A stretch of 64,000 nt of DNA from a phage, in sequence record PZ179882.1, one strand, 5' to 3'. A model generated the notes under the pieces. That model did not search any database, was not told where the DNA came from, and saw only the letters and a program-made list of their open reading frames with translations. Shown piece after piece: positions 41,968-51,375 of this stretch. Within the stretch, counting starts at the first letter, position 1. Each line of letters opens with the position of its first letter. The position numbers were made by a program, and so were the translations under genes.

Positions 41968-42906
41968 TTATTTGAATTGTTCAGTAACGTCTTCAACTAC
42001 TTCGTATTGACAGGTACGCATTTTAGCATCGTTGTAATCAATCGGAATTGATACTACATCGCGAGGATGAACTTTAACTTTTACAACTCGGCTGGTTGAA
42101 CTGCCAAAGTGACGAATATAAGATTTAGAACACACATGCAGACCACGAGAACAAGTTTGTGTATCATCGTCATTCACACGAGTGCGTGGCATTTTAACTA
42201 CTTTACCAGGACTGTTATCAAAAGTATTTGAATGACAGTCAAAGTAATTACTGCGAACTACTTTCCAAGCATAGAAGTAACCATCTTCTGTAATTTCAAT
42301 ATCGTTTGCTACCAAGAAATCAAAGAGTCGAGATACCGCTTTTTGGCTCGGGTTTTCCAACAGATTTTCCAAGAACGGAAAATAAAATTCAAAGTTTTCG
42401 CCTTTTTCCATCGAATCGAGAATACGATCAACTAAACCAGACCGCAATTCAATGTTTTGATAGAACAAGCTTCCACCTTCAATTCGAACATCACCCGAAA
42501 TATATTTTTCAACAGCGCGACGAACGTTAATTTTTTGTGCCGCTTCTTCCAATTTATCTGCAACAAGCAGGTTAAGAATTTCCTGGAAGTTTGAATGAGT
42601 ATTAGGAGTTGCGTTATAAGTTACGCCGTCAACAGTAATTGAAATGAATTTTTTAGATGCATTCCAAATAATGTCAGATTTAGCAACTGGAGCAATAACT
42701 ACATCGCTATTAACTTTAACTGTAATATCACCGCTAATAGTAACTTTAGAGCGTTTAGCTTCTTCAGCATTTTTCAAAACACGACGGATTGTGTCAACCG
42801 ATACACCTTGCCAATCAGCCAATTCCTGTTGGGTGTAATTACCACTTGAATACAGCTTAACAATTTCAGCTTGTTCGTTTTTGGTCAGGCATTTAATATT
42901 GTACAT
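41968..42906 (-). CDS. rIIB: rIIB membrane-associated protein, 312 aa
   Basis: MYNIKCLTKNEQAEIVKLYSSGNYTQQELADWQG… matches T4 rIIB. Confidence 0.95.
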   Translation of the reverse strand: MYNIKCLTKNEQAEIVKLYSSGNYTQQELADWQGVSVDTIRRVLKNAEEAKRSKVTISGDITVKVNSDVVIAPVAKSDIIWNASKKFISITVDGVTYNATPNTHSNFQEILNLLVADKLEEAAQKINVRRAVEKYISGDVRIEGGSLFYQNIELRSGLVDRILDSMEKGENFEFYFPFLENLLENPSQKAVSRLFDFLVANDIEITEDGYFYAWKVVRSNYFDCHSNTFDNSPGKVVKMPRTRVNDDDTQTCSRGLHVCSKSYIRHFGSSTSRVVKVKVHPRDVVSIPIDYNDAKMRTCQYEVVEDVTEQFK

Positions 42907-42917
42907 AATTTTCCTTA

Positions 42918-45095
42918 TTAGGCCGCAAGGGCCTTCATAGTTTTAGCGATTTGAGAAACTTCATCATCACTTAAAGAGTTGCGATAACCGATGAAGTCGG
43001 AAACAATACGGAATTTCTTGGTAAACTCAGCAACCATTTTATCACTGTTTTTTGAAGCATTATTTGATAATACATCAAAAAGATTAGTTACTGTCCAGAT
43101 GTCATGACCGATGGTATCTTTTCCACCATTAAAATATACACCGCGCAATGAACTAACTATATTAGCGAGTCGTGTATATTCTTCAGAAACTTCATCTGTA
43201 CTGAAGTACTTCATCATAAAATCTAGTTCAGGATACTTGATAATTTTATCAATATATCGTTGAGCTGAACTTGAATAACCTACGTACTTATCATAATCTA
43301 CATCATCAAAAGCATCTACATATAAATCACGCAGAGTTTCAAAAATACATTGGCACTGACCGAGTTCTTTTACCTTTTTCTGCAAAAGCGGACGAATAAC
43401 ATAAAATTCATTAATGCCAATAATATTAGCCATACGAGTCAAAATATTCGTAGATGGATGACAAAGCGATGTAGTACCATCCATAGAGAAAATATCAGAA
43501 CGATGCATGTATGCTACATAACCAGTAATTTCATCTGCTTCTGACGTAAGTGTAAACAGTTCCTCTTTTTCCCAACGCCCGTCTTTAATTTCAAACTTAA
43601 ATGCAGTAGCAGTTTTAGGACGAGGAGCTGTACTTTTTACTGCCTTTGGAATATAACTTTTAACTAAAGCTTCAATTTCTGACAAATAATGAATGTTAAC
43701 TTCATCACTTTCAAACATTGCCATAATATCAGGGAGTAAATCAATTTGTGATTCTACTTCCGGATTAATAAACAGAAGGCGTTCGTTGTGATGAATATTC
43801 AAAGTGTTATTAAATTCATTATCATCTAACGCACGTGCTAATCCACGGACAATATTAACACGATTTTTAATATTATCAATAACGATATTAATTTTTGTTG
43901 TATTAATACCAAACAGACGATAACTTGATGCAACGGCTGAAGTTTCATGGCTTTGCTTAATGCGCTTCAGTCGAGGGTCAAGATTTACTTCATACACAAC
44001 TCCTGCATTGCATAACTTACTATCAGGTTCAAACATACTCTGCATCTTCTTATATGACAGATTTTTAGTCGTGAATTTGACTGAATTGCTAATCATATAA
44101 TCTCGAGCAGAATATCCCATCTTCATCAATTCACGGTATGTATGACGAGGAGATGTAGATTCTTTAAATCGTTTTACATCTTCATTAAATGCCTTCTCAC
44201 TGAGCTCTTTAACACGCTCAATAATATTTTTACGAGTACGATCATCTAGTGAAAGAGCCTCGCGAGATGGAGCAATATCAAGTGAACCCATTGGAAACTT
44301 AATGTAATTCACTTCATTGCGAATGCTTAGCCAGTTACGGTCTCTAATAACACCATCGATAGGATAAACAATACCGCCATAGATAGCATATAATCCACCA
44401 CGATCAGGCCAGTATCTTTCTGGATTTACACCGTAATAGTCATCAAAATCCGGAAAATAATCAATTTCGCGGTCAAGACCATTAACGATAGCCAAATCTT
44501 TGAATGGTCGCATGATATAAGAAACTTCATAAGCAAAGTTTCTAAAATCTTTTTCTTCAACTGGAACTACGATTTCAATGCCAGTTTTATCGTCTGGACC
44601 CATTTCTTTTACGAATGTAGGTTTAATCTGTGGACCATCACCATCCATGTAAGCTACATAACCACGAATTTCACCTTTATGATATGAAGTAATACTAAAT
44701 GTATCAGTATAACTAAACGGAGATTTAGAACCTAAACCAAATCCGCCAATGAAATCGTTGGATTCAGCCTTAGATGAACTGAAGTATGAATTATACAACC
44801 CAGGAGAATTATCATCACCCTGAATATCAAAATCACTCATACCTGGACCAAAATCTCGGCAAACAAATCGCGGATCTAAACGCCCAGGAACTTGTATGAT
44901 AAATTTTTCAGGATTTCCATTAAGAGCATGGGCATCAATCATGTTGGTAATCAATTCACGAACCACTGCGCGAATCTTGTTTGTATACAAATCAGATGAC
45001 AGAATTTTAAATACTTTAGGAGACGCTGTGATGCTAAATGCTTTTGATTTAGAACCATTGCCAAGAATTGTTTCTTTTTCAGTGGTGATAATCAT
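42918..45095 (-). CDS. rIIA: rIIA protein, 725 aa
   Basis: [40 protein letters not shown]… matches T4 rIIA. Confidence 0.95.
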   Translation of the reverse strand: MIITTEKETILGNGSKSKAFSITASPKVFKILSSDLYTNKIRAVVRELITNMIDAHALNGNPEKFIIQVPGRLDPRFVCRDFGPGMSDFDIQGDDNSPGLYNSYFSSSKAESNDFIGGFGLGSKSPFSYTDTFSITSYHKGEIRGYVAYMDGDGPQIKPTFVKEMGPDDKTGIEIVVPVEEKDFRNFAYEVSYIMRPFKDLAIVNGLDREIDYFPDFDDYYGVNPERYWPDRGGLYAIYGGIVYPIDGVIRDRNWLSIRNEVNYIKFPMGSLDIAPSREALSLDDRTRKNIIERVKELSEKAFNEDVKRFKESTSPRHTYRELMKMGYSARDYMISNSVKFTTKNLSYKKMQSMFEPDSKLCNAGVVYEVNLDPRLKRIKQSHETSAVASSYRLFGINTTKINIVIDNIKNRVNIVRGLARALDDNEFNNTLNIHHNERLLFINPEVESQIDLLPDIMAMFESDEVNIHYLSEIEALVKSYIPKAVKSTAPRPKTATAFKFEIKDGRWEKEELFTLTSEADEITGYVAYMHRSDIFSMDGTTSLCHPSTNILTRMANIIGINEFYVIRPLLQKKVKELGQCQCIFETLRDLYVDAFDDVDYDKYVGYSSSAQRYIDKIIKYPELDFMMKYFSTDEVSEEYTRLANIVSSLRGVYFNGGKDTIGHDIWTVTNLFDVLSNNASKNSDKMVAEFTKKFRIVSDFIGYRNSLSDDEVSQIAKTMKALAA

Positions 45096-45105
45096 AATTT
45101 CCTCA

Positions 45106-45309
45106 TTAATTCATATTACGCTTAATAACTTCAGCAACTTCTAGTAATTCATCTTTAGTTGCAGTGTCGGATTGAATTTTATCTCTAATATCTTTAAAGC
45201 GGTTTTTAAATTCTTCGGCTTCTCCCATATCGAAAAAGCGTTGAATGATTCTATATTCTCGATGAACTGCTTTATCAAAAAGTTCTAAATTTACTTTATA
45301 TGATTTCAT
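45106..45309 (-). CDS. hypothetical protein, 67 aa (rIIA.1 slot)
   Basis: Track ORF. Confidence 0.55.
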   Translation of the reverse strand: MKSYKVNLELFDKAVHREYRIIQRFFDMGEAEEFKNRFKDIRDKIQSDTATKDELLEVAEVIKRNMN

Positions 45310-45334
45310 TTCAATATCCTCATTTGCCCAATTA

Positions 45335-45364
45335 ATTATACCACATCCTTGTGGTAAAGTAAAC
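45335..45364 (-). promoter_or_regulatory. T4-type early promoter (-35 GTTTAC, 18 nt, TGGTATAAT)
   Basis: Minus strand GTTTACtttaccacaaggatgTGGTATAAT upstream of rIIA.1/rIIA; -35 overlaps gene 39 stop. Confidence 0.55.
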
Positions 45365-47181
45365 TACTGGCTCATCCATTCTTTACGAAGGTCAGCATTA
45401 TCTCCCATGAGCATTTCAAAAAGCTCTTTCCAGTTCTCAGGAAGTTTAACAACATCATATACTGGATTTTGAATCATCTCACGATATTCAGATTTTTCCA
45501 AAGAGCCAAGTCCTTTAATATAACGGATGCTATGTTTAGGTAGAGCATCTTTAGCACTCTCATATTCAGCGACTGTATAAAACCATTCTTGTTTTTTACC
45601 AATCTGTGCGATGATTACAGGAGTTTTGACAAAGCGAATTCGTCCTTGCTCAAACAGTTCTGGCCAATTACTAAAAAATCCAAGCAGAGAAGGATAAATG
45701 CTTCCTAGACCATCATGGTCAGCATCAGTCATAATAGCAATATTATGATAATTCAAGTTTTCAGCTTTTTCACCGAGAACTAATCCAGTGATTGCGCAAA
45801 TATCAAACAGTTCTTTGTTTTTAAGCATGTCAGCATATGACATACCCCAACTGTTGAGAACTTTACCACGTAATGGATAACCACCGTGAAGTTCTTTATC
45901 ACGAACATCAATAAGATATCCGATAGCCGAATCACCCTCAGTCAAGAAAAGAGTAGTATCAGCATCTTTACCACAAAGATTCGCTTTAATATGTTTATGA
46001 ACCTTAGCTTTAGAAGCCTTTTTAGCTGCTTTAGTTTCTGCTGCTTTTTCTGCCGCTAATTTACGAGCCAAAGCAGCTTCAATAATCGGCATTAGAATTG
46101 CTTCATTATTTAGAATAGCACGTGAAATCTTTTTAGCATCAAGTTGAATATGACTACGGATTTCACCAAATGGAGAAGTCAAACGCTCTTTAGTTTGAGA
46201 ATCAAATCGCATGTTTTTCATATCACGGACAAACATAACGATAGTCAAACATTCTTTAACGCGTGCTTTAGTCACATCAATTTTGAACTTACGTTTGATT
46301 TGTGGAATAAGGTCTTCACAAATATCATCCATAACACAGTCAATGTGATGGCCACCATTCTTAGTGTGAATGTTATTCACATAAGTTAATTGACGAAAAC
46401 CATCCGGTGAACGACCAACCGCAATAGAGCAATTTTCTTGTTCTTGAACGATAGCATGCTCATCATATTGGCGTGCATATTTCTTAAAATTGCCCTGAAC
46501 CTTTTTACCATTAAAGGTAAATTGAATATCAGGATAAACTACTGCAAGTGTCTGGAGACGATCTAGTGTAATGTCAAGATAAACTTGGGACAGCTCATTA
46601 GTTTCAAATGACATAAAATCAGGAATGAAAGTAACACGAGTTCCTTTCCATTTTCCTGGAATAGTTTCCCATGATTTATTTTCCATGCCATTTGAACAAC
46701 GAACTACAATATTATTTTGACCATCACCAGTTTCACCGACAAACATCACAGAAAAAATGTTTGTCAAACTAGAACCAACACCATTCATACCGCCAGTGAC
46801 GCGTTCTTTATCATCACCAAAGTTACCACCTGCTTTTGGAATAGTCCATGCAGCAACAGGACCAGGAATTTCTTCACCAGTAGGTGTTTTAACCATCGCC
46901 TGTGGAATACCGCGACCGTTATCTTCAACTGTTACTTGATTGTTTTTAATAGTAACATTAATTTTATTTGCGAATTTAAACTTAGTACGAATACCTTCAT
47001 CTACTGAGTTATCGATAATTTCATCAATAAGCTTAACAAGACCAGGTACATACTGAACACTTTCCCATTTACCAAACAGAAAGCGCTCATGCATTTCATT
47101 AGCGGAAGAGCCAATGTACATGCCGCTACGCTTTTTGATATGTTCAATATCGCTCAGAATTTTAATTTCATTCTTAATCAT
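45364..47181 (-). CDS. 39: DNA topoisomerase II large subunit (GyrB-like), unsplit 605 aa
   Basis: GHKL ATPase then TOPRIM (…TEGDSA…DADHDG…) in one continuous ORF; no separate gene 60. Confidence 0.93.
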   Translation of the reverse strand: MIKNEIKILSDIEHIKKRSGMYIGSSANEMHERFLFGKWESVQYVPGLVKLIDEIIDNSVDEGIRTKFKFANKINVTIKNNQVTVEDNGRGIPQAMVKTPTGEEIPGPVAAWTIPKAGGNFGDDKERVTGGMNGVGSSLTNIFSVMFVGETGDGQNNIVVRCSNGMENKSWETIPGKWKGTRVTFIPDFMSFETNELSQVYLDITLDRLQTLAVVYPDIQFTFNGKKVQGNFKKYARQYDEHAIVQEQENCSIAVGRSPDGFRQLTYVNNIHTKNGGHHIDCVMDDICEDLIPQIKRKFKIDVTKARVKECLTIVMFVRDMKNMRFDSQTKERLTSPFGEIRSHIQLDAKKISRAILNNEAILMPIIEAALARKLAAEKAAETKAAKKASKAKVHKHIKANLCGKDADTTLFLTEGDSAIGYLIDVRDKELHGGYPLRGKVLNSWGMSYADMLKNKELFDICAITGLVLGEKAENLNYHNIAIMTDADHDGLGSIYPSLLGFFSNWPELFEQGRIRFVKTPVIIAQIGKKQEWFYTVAEYESAKDALPKHSIRYIKGLGSLEKSEYREMIQNPVYDVVKLPENWKELFEMLMGDNADLRKEWMSQ

Positions 47182-47208
47182 CACTTATCCTCGTTTGGTT
47201 TCGGGAAT

Positions 47209-47232
47209 ATTATACTCCGGTAATCATAAAGC
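47209..47232 (-). promoter_or_regulatory. middle promoter (MotA box aGCTTTA, 12 nt, TATAAT) upstream of gene 39
   Basis: Minus strand AGCTTTAtgattaccggagTATAAT ~25 nt before gene 39 ATG. Confidence 0.5.
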
Positions 47233-47250
47233 TAAAGGCCCGAAGGCCTT

Positions 47251-47511
47251 TTATTTAAAACGAATAGTTGAATCCTTAAAGAACAGCCCAGAACATACTG
47301 TTCCTTCTACTTTCTGCCCAGTAGGTCCAATAGCACGAAATCCAGTATGTTGGAAATCATTTTCAGAACAACCGAACCAATTATATCCAGTGATTTCAAT
47401 ATTAGTAAAACCACTTGAAGACAAAACTTTGGTTGCATTATCAGCATCAGTACATCCTACTAAAGACACTGCTAATACTAATGCTGCAATAGAACGATTA
47501 ATATATTTCAT
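47251..47511 (-). CDS. putative lipoprotein, 86 aa (39.1 slot)
   Basis: Signal peptide with lipobox LVGC. Confidence 0.6.
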   Translation of the reverse strand: MKYINRSIAALVLAVSLVGCTDADNATKVLSSSGFTNIEITGYNWFGCSENDFQHTGFRAIGPTGQKVEGTVCSGLFFKDSTIRFK

Positions 47512-47513
47512 AA

Positions 47514-47690
47514 TTACCCTTTAAGCAAGTCGTAAAATCCACCATTCACATGCTTAGGGGCAGAGACTAACCGAATAGCAATCCGATGACAATCAGGACA
47601 TACATCAGTATCTCTTTCAGAAATTTTCTTGATTTTTTCGTATTCTTTTGCGCAGTCTTTGGATTGACATTTATAATCATAAAGCGGCAT
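47514..47690 (-). CDS. FmdB-like zinc-ribbon protein, 58 aa (39.2 slot)
   Basis: MPLYDYKCQSKDC…CPDCH zinc-ribbon signature; below track threshold. Confidence 0.5.
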   Translation of the reverse strand: MPLYDYKCQSKDCAKEYEKIKKISERDTDVCPDCHRIAIRLVSAPKHVNGGFYDLLKG

Positions 47691-47692
47691 AA

Positions 47693-48118
47693 TTATTCCT
47701 TAAAGTGAGCTTTCAACATCTGATACAAGGACCATGCTTGTTCATTATTTTCAATAGTAACTTTCATTACCGGGAATTCTGTGAAATCTTCTATTTGTTC
47801 TTGCTCTTTCTCTTCCTGCTCTTGCTCTTCAGCTGCCTGGTATGGATTTTCAACTTCATCAAAGAATTCAGCTTCGCTAGTAGAAAGCCAAATAAAATCT
47901 TCATCCAAAATATCTTTACCGGAGGATAATGCCAATCTTCCAGTAGATGTCACAATTTTAGTAGGACGACCAAGATAGTCAATATCTATAACTTTAAAAG
48001 GTTCCATACCTAAACGTCGTGCATAAATTCCGTTTTCAGTATGATATTTAATAAATTTTTCTTGAGCTTGTTTATTTTTAAATTGATACCATTTATTAAC
48101 TTCAAATTTAATAGCCAT
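47693..48118 (-). CDS. goF: GoF-like (comC-alpha) protein, 141 aa
   Basis: 141-aa ORF in the goF slot; acidic [12 protein letters not shown] stretch. Confidence 0.55.
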   Translation of the reverse strand: MAIKFEVNKWYQFKNKQAQEKFIKYHTENGIYARRLGMEPFKVIDIDYLGRPTKIVTSTGRLALSSGKDILDEDFIWLSTSEAEFFDEVENPYQAAEEQEQEEKEQEQIEDFTEFPVMKVTIENNEQAWSLYQMLKAHFKE

Positions 48119-48333
48119 TAATAAATTTCCTTCCAGTAAGTTGTGCCGTCTTCAGTAATTTCACGAAATACACCGTAAATTGGCTGTTTATCACCGACTT
48201 TCTCATACACATAAACAGAAGTCAAGTGAGTAAACTTGCTAGTATGTTCCTTTTGAACTACTACCAAATTTGGATCAAATAATACATCTTCAAATTCATC
48301 ATTAGTGCAATTCTGAACAATTTTACGTTTCAT
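48118..48333 (-). CDS. cef: Cef-like protein, 71 aa
   Basis: 71-aa ORF in the cef slot. Confidence 0.5.
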   Translation of the reverse strand: MKRKIVQNCTNDEFEDVLFDPNLVVVQKEHTSKFTHLTSVYVYEKVGDKQPIYGVFREITEDGTTYWKEIY

Positions 48334-48425
48334 TACAATTTCCTCATTAATTGAACATTGGAGCGATGCGTTTCAGAAGAGTATCAGCACCTTTAACGAA
48401 TTATCCATTTTATTCTCCAAGTTGT

Positions 48426-48464
48426 TTTCTGTATCAGTAGTTGATATTGATATAGTACCATAAT
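48426..48464. repeat. perfect 11-bp inverted repeat (CAGTAGTTGAT / ATCAACTACTG) with 17-nt loop containing -10-like TATAGTACCA
   Basis: Read directly in intergenic region upstream of the cef-like gene. Confidence 0.6.
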
Positions 48465-48504
48465 CAACTACTGATGTATATAGTTTTATGAAAAATTTTA
48501 AACT

Positions 48505-49002
48505 TTATGCACAGCGAGCTTTGCTATAGTGTTTAATCCAACTTTCAGGAATGACTTTGTATGTTCCTAAAAATACCGCGTTGTACAACTTAACGCCATC
48601 TTCTACCCACTGATCGGTAATGTATGCGCACATAGCACGAGTACGGTGTTTTTGAACAACCCCTTCCTCATCTTCAGTAAATTCGAATTCATAAGGAGCA
48701 ATGAACTTAATAGCTTGACCGAGTTTCCACTTAAAGTCTACACCTACATGCGAAGTATCAATCGTTTCAATTCCTTTAGCAGGAACAGCTTTCAAAAACG
48801 CAGGCTCAAGAAATTTCCATCGAACATAACCAAACTGAGGTTTAGACTTTCCATCTTTAGGAATGATACGCACTTTTACTTCAGAATCTTCATCTTTAAC
48901 GCCGTGTTTAAGCTGAATGCTTACAATTTCGACCAATTTTCCTGCTGCTTTAGAACGGGATTTATCAGATACACGAGCAATTTCACCAATATTAATAATC
49001 AT
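48505..49002 (-). CDS. motB: MotB-like protein, 165 aa
   Basis: Size/position match T4 MotB; C-terminal motif shared with next gene. Confidence 0.55.
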   Translation of the reverse strand: MIINIGEIARVSDKSRSKAAGKLVEIVSIQLKHGVKDEDSEVKVRIIPKDGKSKPQFGYVRWKFLEPAFLKAVPAKGIETIDTSHVGVDFKWKLGQAIKFIAPYEFEFTEDEEGVVQKHRTRAMCAYITDQWVEDGVKLYNAVFLGTYKVIPESWIKHYSKARCA

Positions 49003-49078
49003 AGTTATCTCTCACTTGTTAAAAAGATTTTATACTCCACGGAACCATTATACTCTGGTCCCAAGAGTTTGTAAACTA

Positions 49079-49624
49079 TTAATTTAAAATAGCTACCACC
49101 GCACTACGAGGTACTACACTAAAATCTCCTGCATGGACAACGTTCAGAAGCTCAACACCATCTTCAATCCACTGGTCTGTTACCCAACCACAGATAGGAT
49201 TATCAAAAGGACGACGGATAGACACAGCAGCACACAACAGGTCTGTAGGGTCTTGTTCTTCAACTTCTTGGAACAGGATGAACTCATCTTCATAAACCAG
49301 GTTTTTCTTTATTTTGTTATTATCTAACCGGCGACCGTGGATGACGTAAGATTTGTCAAACCACTCACTTTTGGCAAATTCTTCAACAATAAATTCGCCT
49401 TCGCCAAAAACATCAGTCAGAGTTTTATGACCAGAAATCAAGGCATTAGTTTTAATTTTAGGTTCAACCAGTTTGTAGGTTTTGCCGATTTCAATAGCGG
49501 TAGTCATAGTAGGTTCCTTAATTTCCAGTGGTTTAACAGGGCATACATAAGTGCTTACAACATCAAAATCAATCAGTTTAGCTACCGGATTTGGTGTGTA
49601 TTCAGGATTATAATTAAATTTCAT
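49079..49624 (-). CDS. paralog of MotB-like protein, 181 aa
   Basis: Shares C-terminal TDQW[VI]EDGV[KE]L[YL]N[AV]V…V[IV]P motif with 48505..49002. Confidence 0.55.
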   Translation of the reverse strand: MKFNYNPEYTPNPVAKLIDFDVVSTYVCPVKPLEIKEPTMTTAIEIGKTYKLVEPKIKTNALISGHKTLTDVFGEGEFIVEEFAKSEWFDKSYVIHGRRLDNNKIKKNLVYEDEFILFQEVEEQDPTDLLCAAVSIRRPFDNPICGWVTDQWIEDGVELLNVVHAGDFSVVPRSAVVAILN

Positions 49625-49626
49625 AA

Positions 49627-50166
49627 TTATCTCATTTCAATAAAATCTACGAGTTCAGCATGCGATTTGCGGAACATTACTTGGTGCCTGCCAATGATAA
49701 CTTGATCATCTGGAACTTCGTATACAGCGAGATAAAATCCTTTAGAAGATAATTCTTCCCGCTCTTCTCGTGTGAACCATCTCATCATATCATATTCACT
49801 AGCGAAAGCAAAATGATAAAGAGCTATAAACCATCCTGGAATATGATATTCTACTCCAACATAATCTTTCTTGAACTTAGTATTAATTACTATATTAGCG
49901 TTTTTAACTAATAGTTTATCTTCGTGTGGTAAAGGAATTCTTTTATTATTATCGCTATGATGCATAAAATTAGGTCTGTCATAACCTACGTGTAATAGCC
50001 ACTCTTCGCTCCATGAATCTATTATACTCCTGTACGGCGTTATTTGAACACAAAGATTTCGACGTATTGTTATAGCATCTTCACAATCAAGAATACTAAA
50101 CGATGATTCAACACGATAAATTTTCATTTTATTATCCTCAGTAGCTATGGTGTTATAATACCACAA
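49627..50166 (-). CDS. hypothetical protein, 179 aa
   Basis: Track ORF. Confidence 0.55.
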   Translation of the reverse strand: MWYYNTIATEDNKMKIYRVESSFSILDCEDAITIRRNLCVQITPYRSIIDSWSEEWLLHVGYDRPNFMHHSDNNKRIPLPHEDKLLVKNANIVINTKFKKDYVGVEYHIPGWFIALYHFAFASEYDMMRWFTREEREELSSKGFYLAVYEVPDDQVIIGRHQVMFRKSHAELVDFIEMR

Positions 50167-50190
50167 CTAACCGAGGAAGTAAATAACTTT

Positions 50191-50874
50191 TTATCGTTTT
50201 GTTGGAAGAGATAGAGGATCGCACTCTTCCTCTGACGGAGCGTCTTCAAGACCCATAGCATATCGCAAAGCATACTTCATCATCAGGATGTCTTTCGCAC
50301 AGTCATGAATAGAATCATGTGCAACGAATCCATCTAAAGTTCCCTTTGGAAGAGGACACGTGGTCATATCACGAACAAGAAGAAGTGCTTCAATTCTGGT
50401 ACGAATATCACGCTGATTCCAGAATTTACATGGTTCTAACTTAAATGTGTCAAGCTCATTCTCAGAAACACCATTAAGACGTTGAATATCGCGAATGAGA
50501 TCGACTAAAATGGGAAAATCAAACGACATTCCACGGCACCAGCCTTGAGATTTCCAAGGATCGATATTATGTGCATTGATGTAATCATTAAATTTTGCAA
50601 TACCATCGATGGTGCTTACATCTTCATCTGATGGTGCAATATTTTTTCGAGCTTCAGGAGACTGATTTTTCCACCATTCGATAGTGCTTTTAGTAAAAAG
50701 ACGATGTCCTTTTTGACTTTTTAAATCAAATTTGATTTTAATGCCGCGTGAAACTAATTCATCAAATGATTCAACTACTTCTGGGTTAGGGTCAAAAGCA
50801 ATTACAGCTAAATCAATAACAGCTGCTTTTTCACCACTTCCCATTGTTTCAAAATCTATAATAAAATCAAACAT
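50191..50874 (-). CDS. dexA: exonuclease A (DnaQ-like 3'-5' exonuclease), 227 aa
   Basis: MFDFIIDFETMGSGEKAAVIDLAVIAF… DEDD exonuclease motif I; matches T4 DexA. Confidence 0.9.
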   Translation of the reverse strand: MFDFIIDFETMGSGEKAAVIDLAVIAFDPNPEVVESFDELVSRGIKIKFDLKSQKGHRLFTKSTIEWWKNQSPEARKNIAPSDEDVSTIDGIAKFNDYINAHNIDPWKSQGWCRGMSFDFPILVDLIRDIQRLNGVSENELDTFKLEPCKFWNQRDIRTRIEALLLVRDMTTCPLPKGTLDGFVAHDSIHDCAKDILMMKYALRYAMGLEDAPSEEECDPLSLPTKR

Positions 50875-51149
50875 TAAATTTTCCTTGCTAAATCGCGAAT
50901 TTGACCTACAGTATAATCTTGGATATAAACTTTATTAATAGGCTCATCAATAAATTTTGCCATAGATTCAATATCTTTTTGTATCTCTTCAAGACTGTAT
51001 ACTATCTTTGAAGCTTTTTCGCGAATAGTAACATTATCAGGTCCTGAATTTTCTTGAATGACAGCTTTAACATTTGCCATAAGAGATTTAAACTGATGCA
51101 AACTTAATTCAATCATTAATAACCGCCTTATAAAGATGGCTAATTTCAC
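50874..51149 (-). CDS. hypothetical protein, 91 aa (dexA.1 slot)
   Basis: Track ORF; paralogous to next ORF. Confidence 0.5.
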   Translation of the reverse strand: MKLAIFIRRLLMIELSLHQFKSLMANVKAVIQENSGPDNVTIREKASKIVYSLEEIQKDIESMAKFIDEPINKVYIQDYTVGQIRDLARKI

Positions 51150-51369
51150 CTAAAATATAATCACTAATTGTAACAGTTTTCACTTCACCGCAAAAGAATT
51201 CTAACGCAATCAAATCTCGTTCAATTTCTTCCAATTGAAGCATTAACTTGCCTGATTCAATTTTTACATTTCTGCGATTTTTACTATAAGCTATTTCATA
51301 TATTTCGCTCACTTTATCTTGGAGCAGATAAAACTGGTCTTTAGTTATTTCCACGAATAGCTTCCTCAA
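51109..51369 (-). CDS. hypothetical protein, 86 aa (dexA.2 slot)
   Basis: Track ORF; shares LEEI[EQ][KR]D…[VI]SDY[IT][LV]G[EQ]I motif with 50874..51149. Confidence 0.5.
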   Translation of the reverse strand: MRKLFVEITKDQFYLLQDKVSEIYEIAYSKNRRNVKIESGKLMLQLEEIERDLIALEFFCGEVKTVTISDYILGEISHLYKAVIND

Positions 51370-51375
51370 ATTTAA

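Noticed and set aside
45106-45364. Remnant of gene 60 / translational bypass hop between rIIA and gene 39
   Set aside because: Gene 39 is a continuous 605-aa ORF covering the gp60-equivalent C-terminus; no take-off/landing GGA codons with intervening hairpin were found.
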